A stretch of DNA of 63,578 bases, counting the filler, from Porpidia crustulata (lineage: Eukaryota), in NCBI GenBank assembly GCA_964255105.1. It is 4 parts of 4 records of this genome, joined end to end, with 100 filler letters (N's around TTAATTAATTAA, not from the genome) between each part and the next. Parts side by side here need not be neighbours in the genome. Positions count along the whole stretch, not along the records: positions 47,839 to 63,578 come from CAXUWE010000283.1; 3 more parts are not named here. One strand, given 5' to 3'. Below are positions 51,983 to 63,578 of the stretch, in pieces; within the stretch, counting starts at the first letter, position 1; each line of letters starts with the position of its first letter. The translations under genes were made by a program, and so were the position numbers. The notes beneath the pieces are model-generated. The model did no database searches. It was not told the DNA's origin and saw only the letters and a list, made by a program, of their open reading frames with translations.

Positions 51983-53086
51983 ATGGAATCCACCAAAACA
52001 CTCAGCAATCGACCAAAGTCTTTCAACGCCAGCGCTCTGACTTTTGCAACGCCAGCAAAACAGGCAGCTACCGTTATCAGACTTCAAACATATCCTGTTC
52101 CAGCTCCTGCAAACAACGAAATTCTTGTTCAGCTTCTTGCAGCGCCAATTAACCCGCAGGACTTCCTGATTATTGCTGATCTCTATCCGATCAAGCCCAA
52201 CTATCACATATCCGGGGAGGCCATTCCTGGATATGATGGTGTTGGACGTATCATCGAAGTTGGGATCGAAATCCATAAGTTCTCTGTAGGCGATCTCGTC
52301 ATCCCCAGATCTCAGGGGTTCGGAACTTGGAGGACACATGCCATCTGCGATGAAGAAAGTCTTATCAAAGTCCCAAATGGTCTAGATATACACTCTGCAT
52401 CGATCCTCAAGATGACGGTCTTGCCGGCGTATTTTCTGGTAGAAGACATGCGCGATCTAAGACCCGGAGATTGGATCATACAGAACGCGGCCACGAGCAC
52501 CATAGCCCAGATGGTTTCTCAATTTGCCCGGCTGAAGGGAGCCCACACTATCAGCATTTTTCGAGACTCGCCCTCTGCAGTTGATAATGATAAGACCAGG
52601 AAGTCTCTGTTACAAAAGGGAGCCGATGTTGCTCTTTCCGAGTATGAATTAGCTGCCACCAACCAAATCGATGGGAAAAGAATCGTGTTGGCACTAGACT
52701 CCGTGTGGGGTGCTTCAGCGGAGAAAATAGCTGCAAAAATGCCCAAGGGTGGTTCCTTTGTCAACTTCGGAGCGCTAAGTGGTGGTGGTCAGATGTCAAC
52801 GATTCAACTCACATGGGACGATATCTTTTGGCGATCTATTGCATTGAAAGGTTACAAGTCAACTGAGAGCCTAGCTCGGAGGTCCCAAGAGGAGGTCGAT
52901 GACCTAGTCAAGTGGCTAGTAGGCCTTTTCGACAAGGGAACGTTGGTCATGCCAAACTATACAAGGATTCCTTGGAGTTTAAGTATGAGCGAGCCTGAGC
53001 AGCTTGAGCAAAAATTGAAGACTGTACTTGAGAGTGCCCAGGGAGTGCAGATCCGGAAAAAGAAGTACATATTTGACTTTTGTTAG
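51983..53086 (+). CDS. MDR-family trans-2-enoyl thioester reductase (ETR1/MECR-like)
   Basis: Intronless, 367 aa. LAAPINPQD..LYP, PGYDGVG, GDLVIP..GFGTWRTH, GDWIIQNAATS. Confidence 0.88.
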   Translation: MESTKTLSNRPKSFNASALTFATPAKQAATVIRLQTYPVPAPANNEILVQLLAAPINPQDFLIIADLYPIKPNYHISGEAIPGYDGVGRIIEVGIEIHKFSVGDLVIPRSQGFGTWRTHAICDEESLIKVPNGLDIHSASILKMTVLPAYFLVEDMRDLRPGDWIIQNAATSTIAQMVSQFARLKGAHTISIFRDSPSAVDNDKTRKSLLQKGADVALSEYELAATNQIDGKRIVLALDSVWGASAEKIAAKMPKGGSFVNFGALSGGGQMSTIQLTWDDIFWRSIALKGYKSTESLARRSQEEVDDLVKWLVGLFDKGTLVMPNYTRIPWSLSMSEPEQLEQKLKTVLESAQGVQIRKKKYIFDFC

Positions 53087-53718
53087 TATTAGTTAGTCAA
53101 TATCAAGTTGAGGCTGTTGTCGAATTTTCCCGAGGTAAATCTCCGAGATAAGACCAATTCCAACCTCGTAAGCTGTACTATACATCCTTCCAAGGATCTC
53201 TGCCGCATAGTAGACATTTGAATCTGAACGATTGACTGCCTGGGTTAAGCCATCTAGAAAGGGCAATCCTCTGGGTAGCCTAACTCCTGTTGGTATATAT
53301 GGGCCCCACGATTATGCCGAAATGTGACCCATGTGTTGCCACGTCGTCAACCCACCTATTCCTAAACCCCCATATTCCGACTGCATAGCTTCACGGAATT
53401 ATACCGCATGGCAAGCTTGAGTCGGACGTAGAAATTCGCCTAAGCTTTGTTCCAATTGGGCGCTTTCACGTCCACACTCAGGTTGTCCTTCTTCGAAACA
53501 GCTAATCGTATTCTGGGGCAAGGCCTCGTATCTGACAGTACGTACTAATGGAATACACAGCGTAAGTCAAGATCTACAGAAGATTTCAGAAGCATAAATA
53601 CCTCATCTTCTGGCTGGATAAGATCAAGAACCAGATCTAACTCACCAGAATACCTTGCGTTTTCCCCTGTCATACAGATCTCAGCGATCGAAGAGGCCTC
53701 TCAGATTTATTGCCCATC

Positions 53719-54700
53719 ATGCTGGGAAGTGTTCTACCGTTCACGGTACGTTATAGCCTTATCGGCACGATAAAGTTTGCTTGTGATTAGTCATCGCAAC
53801 TTCCTCAATTTCAACCTCACTCCATTCAAACTCCGCATCTCGCTAGGATTTCGAGTGGAGTGCTTCATGTTTTCTTTACGACCAAGGGCTAATTCGTCAT
53901 GAGTGGCAGCCACAAGTCGCCGAAGTGGTGAGCCAGTATTGTGAAGATCATTCCTCCAAGCTTCCCCCAAGCTTGATCGAGAACTGGGAATGGACCTCCG
54001 AAAGTTTCGGAGATGCGGACAAAATGTCTTCCAAGCTGCAGGTCGGTTGGAAAAAACCGATATGCCAAGTCTTCCTATGCTTACGAATTGACTGTAGGGC
54101 CAATGGATGATCTTCACTGCCCAAGACCGCAAAGCAAAGCGCGTTCTTGAGTTCGGATGCTATAGTGGCTACAGCGCCCTAGCATGGTATGAAGGAACGA
54201 AGATGACCGGTGCTGAGATCGTTACTCTAGAGCTCAGCCAAGTTATGATCGATGCGTCCCGCAAAGTCTTCGACAAATACAATGTCAACGATCGCGTCAA
54301 ACTAATCGAAGGTCCAGCCGACAAATCGCTTGACACCTTGACAGGCACGTTCGACATTATCTTCATGGACGCTAACAAGGACGGATACGAGGGCTATGTC
54401 AAAAAGATCTTGGACAAGAAACTTTTGTCAGCAGATGGCATCATCCTTTGTGACAACGGTAAGACCAGGCAACCCAGATCAAGAGCCAGACTAACTAATC
54501 CATTTTGCCTAGTTTTCGCTCGCGGTCTCACCATAGGCAAAGACGTCAGCCCTCACCTGAGCAACGCAGTACGACCTTATTGGAGCAGCTGTGGCAGAGC
54601 CCTTGCTCAGTTCAACAATTTCGTGGCACATGATCCAAGGGTTGACGTAACAGTTCTTCCTTTGTTCGACGGTGTCAGTCAAATCAAGTGGAAAGAGTAG
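53719..54700 (+). CDS. SAM-dependent O-methyltransferase, family 3 (CCoAOMT/COMT-like)
   Basis: Four exons. RVLEFGCYSGYSALAWYE, IVTLE, FDIIFMDANKDGYEGY, ILCDN|VFARG, LPLFDGV. Confidence 0.9.
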
Positions 54701-55687
54701 ACATTGCTGTAGATTAGTGCGTACGCACACTAAGGGACAATACACGGTTTCTTGTTCTTTACATTGCTTCTTTTCTCGGCCATTAGGCTTGATCCAGGAA
54801 CAAACTCTACAATGTAGCTGCAAATTCGGCTAAGTCGTCCTCCATTGGTCCGGGAAAGCCACTGCTGTCTATGCTGCTGTGCACCGTCGATCATCTACAA
54901 ATCATCCTCGGTTGTGCGTGCTGAGTAGTCAATATCTGCTTGTCAGAGACTATCCTACCCATGCCATTCGTTTTCTGATGCAACGTACCACTCGAAGATC
55001 CACCACATGCTAGAGCACATCGCTTGTGATTACCACGTTGACATCCAATGACGGATCGAGACGGGTGCTCGTTGGTCTTGCCACCATGTCTCATATTTGG
55101 ATTTACCCAGCTGCTCGGGGTAATGGATGGGTTGTCATTGCAATATCTGCATTCTTTTAAGCGAAACACGGGCTGAGCAGCGCCAGCGAACTCTTGTCAC
55201 CTACCTTATGGGTATCCTACGGCTCAACATGACACGTCAGGCTAACTCTTGCAATCACTAGCAGTTATTATTTGTAACAGTTGCCGCGGTAAAAGTGGCA
55301 TTGATTTGATAGTAAGCCTAACGCCCAAATCTCGCAGATTCATCTAGCCTTGGAAGCATACATACTTTGGGACTAGACAAGCGAAAGACTCAAGATATCG
55401 TCAGTCCATAAAGCTGACAAGTTGTAAGTTTTTGCCTAGAATCTATTTATGATTATTGATTTTCCTCAGACACGAGTACCAAATGATACAAGTGTAACAT
55501 TTCGCCAGTTTCCCAGCTTGGTTTTCCTTTAACAATGTTTATCCACACAAATTTCCTTAATGCCCTGTACGTCGCTCTTCTACTTTCGTATCTCCCATCT
55601 TTAGCTTGCTTCACTCTCAGATAGAACTTGGAGCCGCCAATTAGACCTTGCGTCTATATAATTTATTGGGTCAAACGAAGTTCAGCC

Positions 55688-58600
55688 ATGTATGTAAAGG
55701 AGAGTTCTGGTATTGAGACTGCTTTGCCTGGGTTTGATGATGCGGTCGAAGCGGAATTACCCTTGACGCCAATCCAAGAGGAGCTTATCTTCAAAATTGC
55801 TCGTTCGCCTGATTCCGAAACAATCGAATTTCAGCTCTATCTACCTGATCGCGTATTCTCCAGTTTCGACCTCATTCAGCACACATGGCAAGCAGTTGCA
55901 AGCCATAATCCGGTTCTTCGGACACAAGTTGACCTATCCGACATTCTCACATCTCCTACCAAAGGTAAACAGCGAATCTTGAAACGGGTATCCCTGCTTC
56001 AACTCTTTCGGCCCATGCTCTCTCAGCAAGGAATATTTCACGAAGCTGCCCAATTGGTCATCAGGACTCACAAGGGGCGACTTACGGCTTTTGTTCACCT
56101 TCATCGCGCCTTGATAGATAATGAATCTATACGTCTCATTCGGAGAGACTTCGAGCTGTTTTATAACGGACTGGCGTTTGATAGACACCCAAGAACTGAG
56201 AAATTCTTCAGGCGTACGTGTTTAAGGGATCGCGAGGTTGCTAAAGTCTTTTGGAATACCAATCTCGAAGGCCTAGTTAGCACGCCAATTCATGGCCTTC
56301 CAAGCAAGGTTACAGCACCGGACCTTTGGGCAACAGCAGCTCTGAGCCGAGATACCTCATATCAGGTACAGAATCTTGCTGCTAGATGCAAAGTACCTGT
56401 CCGAACGGTTTTTCATGCAGCATGGGCGTCTACTTTGGCGTGGCATACCGCAGCTGCGAGCAATTCCATCGTGTTTACGGCCACCGGACGAGATCTCTCT
56501 ATGCCCCAGAATCGTTTGGTCGTCGGAAATGCCGAACAATTTTACCCGCTTAAAATCGCCTCAACACAAGAAACCTTGATTAGTGACTGGCTCAACGCTA
56601 TCAACGATTCTGACATCGAAGCATCAAGACATGCATTCATTGGGTACGACTCAATTATGTCTGAAGGTTTTGCATCTATCGGGCAGACATTGGTAACCAT
56701 TCGCTCAAATGAAGATAACCCCACGAAAAACGTGAGTTTCTCCACCAATCGCAAATAGATATCGATTTATCACACTACATGCATAACAGAATCTCTAGAA
56801 GCTGACTTCTGACGATAGTTTCAGGTATACTCCGACAATTTCGCACTGATTCTGGAGATCGTTGTCCTAGAAGAGATCACCCTAACGTTGCATTATAGCC
56901 AAGAAGTTCCAGATGGTCAGGCTCGCATCCTTCTAAACCACTTCGAAGCAGCCATAACCAGTATATCCGACGATAAAGTACAGCGAATTAACGATATCAG
57001 ACTCATCTCCGCGTCTGAGAGGCGATATCTTCTAGATTTAGCACAACCTACGACAGAACCTGCCGGAGGCCTTGTTCATCAGTTATTTGAGACTCAAGTC
57101 CATAAGACTCCAGATGCATCAGCGGCACAATTCGAGTCTGATAATCCTTGGTCCTACTCAGAGCTCAATAAGCTTGCTAACGCAGTTGCTCGCCAACTGA
57201 AATGCGGACGAGGATCCTTTGTGCCTGTGTGCATGCACAGATCGATCAACCTCGTTATTTCACTTCTGGCCATCCTGAAGACTGGAGCTGCGTATGTTAC
57301 ACTCGACCCCGATGTGCCTGCACAGCGAAATGAGTTCATGTTTCGGGATGTTCGCGCCCCCTTTGCCTTAGTTGATCAAGCATCGAGAGGAAAGCTTCCC
57401 TCCGAGGTTATCATTGAGAACTTGATCGAGAGAGCACTGTACCAAGATAATTCGGATCTTCTAATTGAACAAAGCTATGACGATGCTGTCTACGTCATCT
57501 ACACTTCTGGCTCGACGGGTGAGTGAACTTGGAAGATCTGCTCGGGTTATCGTCAGCTAATCTTGGCTACCTTGGAAAGGCCACCCGAAGGGCGTTCCTC
57601 ATAAACATCGAGCTGCTTACAGCGGACTTGCAGCGTTTCCGTCTATACCAGATCTTCGCCAGCTCTTATTCCACAATCCAGTATTTTCGGCGGCGCAGAG
57701 GTCGATTTGGTCTACGCTGAAGCAAGGCGGCTGTCTGTGTTTGGCCAGTAAGAAAAACCTCACGGTATTCATAGGAAATACCATCAATTCAATGGAAGTA
57801 GGTTCAGGGGATCTCAAAGTCCACTTAAATAGAAACTAAAGCGACAGGCTGCAGATCAACACGATTGACGTCACACCGTCGACAGCCACTTTGATTACGC
57901 CTGGATCTGTGCCAAATCTAAAGCGCATGACGGTTGCGGGGGAGCTCATCAATCCAGCTTTAGTTCCAGTCTGGATTGATCGATTGGAGCTGATGAATGC
58001 ATGTGAGTAATCTAATATCAATGCCTTCGTGGGTTCTTTTTAAATGCCGATAGATGGGCTGAGCGAGAACACCCAATTTAATTGGCGTCATGTTATAAAG
58101 AAGGGCCAGAACGCCCAGATCATTGGTCGGCCAACGGATACGACAACTGCATACGTCTTATGCCCAGGCACGACCCTACTGGCTCCGATTCTAGTTCCAG
58201 GAGAGTTATGTCTTGGCGGGCATCAGCTCTCGCAAGGCTATCTGAATCGCCCAGAAAAAACACGTGAAGTTTTCATTGATAATCCTTTTGGCTTGGGTAA
58301 ACTGTATCGAACTGGTGACCTGGTTGCTACACACGCAGATGGTAGCATCGAAATGGTTGGAAGAATCGATTTTTCAATCAAGATCAACGACCAACGCGTC
58401 GATCCTGGCGAGTCCAATTCGATCATTCAATTGCAGCCCTATGTCCAGGACTCTGCGGTAGTCGCTGCTTCAATCTCTGGACGTAGACGACTGGTGGCTG
58501 TTGTGGTACTCAAGGATGAAAATGCTTACACTTCACCGCTGAAAGTGCTCCGCAAGCAATTAGAGGACCAGTTGCCACATTATATTGTCCCAACATACTG

Positions 58601-61600
58601 GGTCATTCGTACAGAACTTCCACTTAACATCAATGGCAAAGTTGATGTCCCCGCTCTGCGTAAGATCTGCGAAGATTTAGGCAGAAATGGCGTTATGCAG
58701 AGACAGAGCGAGTCGGCCGATCCCAAGTCCGAGATACTCTCTCCCGTTGAAGAAAGTCTCAAACGTCTTTGGTCTTTGGCGCTCTCAATACCTTCCGACG
58801 AAATTTCTAAAACTGATTCTTTCCTCGCAATCGGTGGGACTTCATTAGACGCCATCAAGATATGTTCTGCTGGCTTAGAGGCTGGCCTCCGAATAGATCT
58901 TGCACAGCTCCTCCAGGGATACTCCATCTCCCAATTAGCACAGGAACATACACTACAATCCGATGTTGAAATAGCTCCGACTCCCAAGCCGTTCTCTTTG
59001 GCGCCTAAACACTTTCCGATCAATTTGGATGAAGTCGAAGATTTATTCCCAGCAACTCCATTACAAGAAGGCTTGATCGCAGACTCGATACTTGGAAAAA
59101 CTGACTACATGTTTAGGAAAGCTTTCAGCTTCAAGGGTGTCCAGACTTCTCGCCTACGCGATGCTTTCGAGGTGGTCGTCAAGGAAAACCAGCTTCTCCG
59201 TACGGTATTTGTTGCATATGGCATCTCGTTTCTCCAAGTGATCCGGAAGCACATTATACTGCCGTGGTCAAACATAGACATGGATCTGGATACTTACCAG
59301 AGTCGAAAACGCCACGATGTCGAGTTTGTTGCTCTAGACATGCCGTTGCTACGAATTACAATCTTAAGATCAAGTGTAATGGTTGTTGATACGCATCATG
59401 CACTATTTGACTTCTGGTCTACCCAATTTCTCTATGAGGACATTCGAGCCGTCCTCAAAGGTCGGAAACATATTGTACGCCCGCCTTTCAGCATATTTTG
59501 CCACTACCTCAACAGTCAGGATAAGACCATATCTCGCCAATTTTGGAAGACCTATCTTGAAGGAGCAAAGCAAACTTCGCTCAAAGTCGTTCCGGGTGAG
59601 GGGCTTTATTTGGAAGCGGACCTCAACTTTGATCTCAAGTCTGCCGTATCTAAGAATAAGCTGACCGCGGGGGTCCTGCTCTATGCCGCTTGGGCGATCA
59701 CCCTTTCTGCCTGGAACTCTTCGAATGATATTGTTTTCATAGTCAACATCTCCGGTCGTGAAGTCCCAATAAAAGGCATCCTGGCATTGAATGGCCCAAC
59801 CTTAGCTACGGTACCGATGCGAGTAAGGATCAAGAACTCAGTCGACGTGCTCGAGCTCGCACGGACGCTGATTCCAGAATTTTGGAGGCTCGCAAAGCAT
59901 GCTCATATTGGTTTAAGGAACGTCCTCCAGGCTTCGGGGCTTCCTTCATCCTTCATCAACAGTGCAAGCAACTTTCTCATAACTTTAAGGCAAGATGAAG
60001 AGTGTGACGTATTGCAACCTTTGAACATCAAACACACAAACCACACAGACTATCTGACGCTAGAGGTGGAAGACAGGAACCTTCATCGTATTAAAATTTT
60101 CTCGAACAGAAGGTTCACTAGCGCCGATAGAATCCTCCAAGACGTGATCGAAGTTCTGCGAGTGACCGTAGAGGAACCGCAGACCAAAATCAACGATGTT
60201 TTACTGCGAATTGGACCTCATCATCCGCGTTTGCCAAAGCCCATACCTGCAAAGCTGTCTCGATCAAGTGATGTATCAAAGCCAGTATTGGCTAAGGTTC
60301 TCCAACCAGACGACCACCATACACAAGTCATGGATGATTGGTGGAAAAGTTACGTTGCAGACTATACACCATCGGTACTAGTCAGTTGTCCCGGTGAGCA
60401 GCAGACTACCATCAAGGAATCCTTGTCGGTTGATGTGGAGGCAGCAGCTACGAAATTGGGAGTCTCTCAGGAAGCTCTATGGTATACATCTTGGGGTGTA
60501 GTGCTGGCTCAACATACCAACACCCAAATTCCTCTGTTCGGTGTCATTCGTTCCGATAATAACATTTCCACAAAGCATGGTAAACCCTTTCTACACTGCA
60601 CACTGGAACGGGTGACTTTGTCAGAGGCCCAAGACCTGTTGTTGGAGGTCGTCAATTCTGTTCATCGGGAACTGTGCAACAAGACTGATTCCAGCGGTTT
60701 ACGAATCGAACAGATATTGGAATTTGCCTCTAACAATTCGAAACCGTTTGACACTTTCCTTGAATTGAGCATTGCCAATTTCGAAGATGAGAGACACACG
60801 TCGGATTTGAGTATTTATGGTAAAGCATTCGGTTTCCAAAACACTTTTCTGAGAATTGACTGTCGGCCTCTCAAGACAACAATGACTATATGTAGCAAGA
60901 TGGAGAAAATCCGCGCCGAATTCATCCTAGATCAAATGTTCACCATAATCCAAATCCTAGTCGAGAATCCAGACTTACCCACTGGATCGGTCAACGTAAT
61001 TGGTAAAACGGAACGAAATCTACTCCATACTTTGGCACGTTTCACGACCCCCGAGGTACATTTGGTACACAGTCTGTTTGAGGAGCAGGCTCGTCAAACC
61101 CCAGATAGATTAGCTTTGCAGTGGGAGTCGTCCGAGTCGCTGACGTACAAAGCGCTCAACGATCGGGCTAATCGGCTTGCCAGGTATCTGATTTCCATGG
61201 GTACCACCTCGGAACAGATGATACCGCTGCTGTTGGATAGATCGATCTACACGATCATTTCCATCCTGGCTGTCTTGAAGACTGGAAGTGCGTATGTGCC
61301 AATGGACCCCGAGAATCCGGCCGAGCGTAATCTCTTCATTCTTGATCAAGTTCAAGCCAAGATCGTCATTACACATAGCTCGTACACAGATTTTGCTGCT
61401 TTGCACAGCTCAAGGTCAATTTTTATAGACCAGCTACCCGATCTTGATTCATATTCTACCACCGATACACATATTGGTCATGTCAATAACCTAGCCTACT
61501 GCATCTATACGTCAGGCTCGACGGGCGCTCCTAAAGGCGTCAATATACAGCATCGTACAATCTTGGTCGCAGTTGAGGGAATGATCATAGACGAAGGCAT

Positions 61601-63578
61601 GCAGCCAGATTGGAGATTCCTCTCATTCGCTAATTACGTATTCGACGTCTCTGTTCATGACATATTTTGTGTCCTGAGCACAGGTGCAACTCTCTGTATG
61701 GCCTCCTCGGATAGGCTGATGTCTGATCTTGCGGGTGTCATCAATGAGACACAAGCCACTCAGACCTTTTTGACTCCGACTGTGGCTAGACTGATTTCAC
61801 CTGCCGACGTCCCCGGATTACAGACTTTGATATGCAGTGGAGAGGCAATGACAGCTGACATAATTCGATCCTGGGCATCGGAACGGACACTCATCAACTA
61901 CTACGGACCAACGGAGTGTGCTGTCAACGTGACAATCAAATTCGTTGGTCCAGATACCAGTCCAACCAACCTAGGAAAGCCGATCCACACTGCATCAGCT
62001 ATGATTATCGAAAGAGCGGGTACTGACTTGGCTGTTTACGGTTCAGTTGGCGAAATCTGTATCGGTGGCGGTCATGTTGGTCAAGGCTATGCAAGTCTCT
62101 CCCCTGCGCCAGATTACTTCCTGACACCGTCTAACAAGAGCCAATCCGCAGATGAATAGAGAAGACCTCACTGCAAAAGTTTTTCTGCCCAGCCCCATCC
62201 CAAGTGTAGGACGCATGTATCGGACAGGGGACCTTGGCCGATGGCTCCCTGGTGGAAACCTGGAATACCTAGGTCGCATGGATCATCAGATCAAGCTTAA
62301 TGGTCATCGGATAGAACTTGGAGAGATCGAGCAAGTCATCCTTAGGAGCGGTCTAGTGCAAGATTGTATAGCAATGGTACTGGACGAATTACGCAGGCCT
62401 CAACTCGCGGTATTCTGCATCTTTGAGACTTCTACCGAAATAGCTATCGAGGAACCTTTCAAGTACACCTTCAACTTGCTCCAACTCAAAGGAAGTCTCG
62501 GTAGTCTGGCACATTACATGTTACCGAAGTTTGTGTTCCCTATGGGCCGCTTTCCACGCTCGTCAGCGAATAAAACAGATAGACGGCGGCTAGCAAAGCT
62601 CGCAGAGGCGATTGGCACGTCCAAGCTCTCTCAATACTCTTTGGACGTGGTGGGTGTCGAGGTAAATAGTTTCAAGTCTCCTATATCTGTAGAGGAGATT
62701 TTCCTGCAGAACAAATGGTCGGAATTATTTCAGATTGATAAATTTGATATTGGTATGTCACTCTTTTACCCTACTTTCACCATGCTTCCAATGGTCCAGT
62801 CATCGCATTTCAGCCTTTAATTGACCACTAATTCCACTTGTGTAGGAGCTGAAGCCAATTTTTTCGCTTTGGGTGGTGATTCCATTGCAGCCATCAATCT
62901 GGTGAGTTTGTGCAGGAAATCGAGTTACAGTCTGCTTGTCAGCGATGTCCTTAAGTTGGCAACACTCGGTCGCATCGCAACCCGTTTGACAAAGGACTCA
63001 CTCCGAGTAAATGGCTTATCAAAACTTGTGGAAAAATATGTGCCACCGACTGCCATCCACGGATTACTCCAAAAACATAGCATTAAGCAGTGGTGTATCG
63101 AATACTTTTACCCGGTTCCACCAGGTCAGGCAGAGTTTCTCACCCAAGGAGCTAAGGAATCCCAGATCTGGGTAGTAACCGCTGGTCGGCCCTTCGCAAC
63201 ACATCACAGCATAGAAAAATACAAAAACCTCATTCAAGAATTGACAAGGATATATGATATCCTTCGCACGACCTTTGCCAACCTAGAAGGCCACGGCTGG
63301 GTGGGCGTAGTCTTCAAAGAGCCAGCGATGGACTTCTCCACACGGGAATGCGTAGTAGCTGAGAGAAGCCAGATCATCGACGAGATCCAGAAGTCGCGTT
63401 TCGTCTTCGGGGAACCATTCATCAACTACAACCTGCTCGAGTATCGTGATAGCCCCTGGGAAATCGTCATCAAAATGGACCACGGCCTCTGGGATGGTAC
63501 CTCCCTCCGAATATTAGATGACGCCATTCTCACGCTCCAAGACTCCGGCATTCGGGGGGGCGGGGGGCGGGGGGGGGG
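55688..63578 (+). CDS. Non-ribosomal peptide synthetase, C*-A1-T1-C-(half C)-A2-T2-C..., 3'-truncated
   Basis: Spliced over six introns, including GC-AG 62091-62151. A1: YTSGSTG.PKG, YRTGDL, NGKVD. T1: GGTSL. C: HHALFD. A2: [27 protein letters not shown]2: GGDSI. Last C: MDHGLWDG. Confidence 0.95.

Noticed and set aside
63553..63578. Terminal G-rich run (possible G-quadruplex)
   Set aside because: It interrupts an NRPS C domain exactly at the contig end; most likely a low-quality or poly-G sequencing artefact.
6726..63578. Linking the terpene cyclase or rlmA to the NRPS cluster
   Set aside because: They lie on different, artificially joined contigs.

Overview
Intron-containing filamentous ascomycete (Pezizomycotina) genomic DNA; the finer taxon cannot be fixed from the sequence. 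The window is not one locus. It is four segments (1-15899, 16000-31887, 31988-47738, 47839-63578; 15899, 15888, 15751 and 15740 bp) joined by identical artificial 100-bp spacers (N44-TTAATTAATTAA-N44), apparently contigs sorted by length. Segment 1 has three decayed genes, an intact stand-alone UbiA-type (Fma-TC-like) membrane terpene cyclase candidate and two hypothetical genes. Segment 2 has a caspase-like (C14-type) gene, S-formylglutathione hydrolase, separase, a DUF5321 gene, a myosin regulatory light chain and mesA/AFI1. Segment 3 has the MADS-box factor rlmA, a DUF3140 gene missed by the ORF track, an Msb1/DUF1708 gene and a hypothetical gene. Segment 4 is a secondary-metabolite cluster truncated at both ends: MFS pump, AhpD/CMD-like protein, ETR1-like enoyl reductase, family-3 O-methyltransferase and an NRPS (C*-A-T-C-half C-A-T-C...). 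The first A domain lacks the amino-binding Asp and reads S-A-R at positions 235/236/239, which suggests a dicarboxylic-acid (fumarate-like) starter. This cluster is the best candidate for an undescribed system. Family names come from motif recognition, not database searches.
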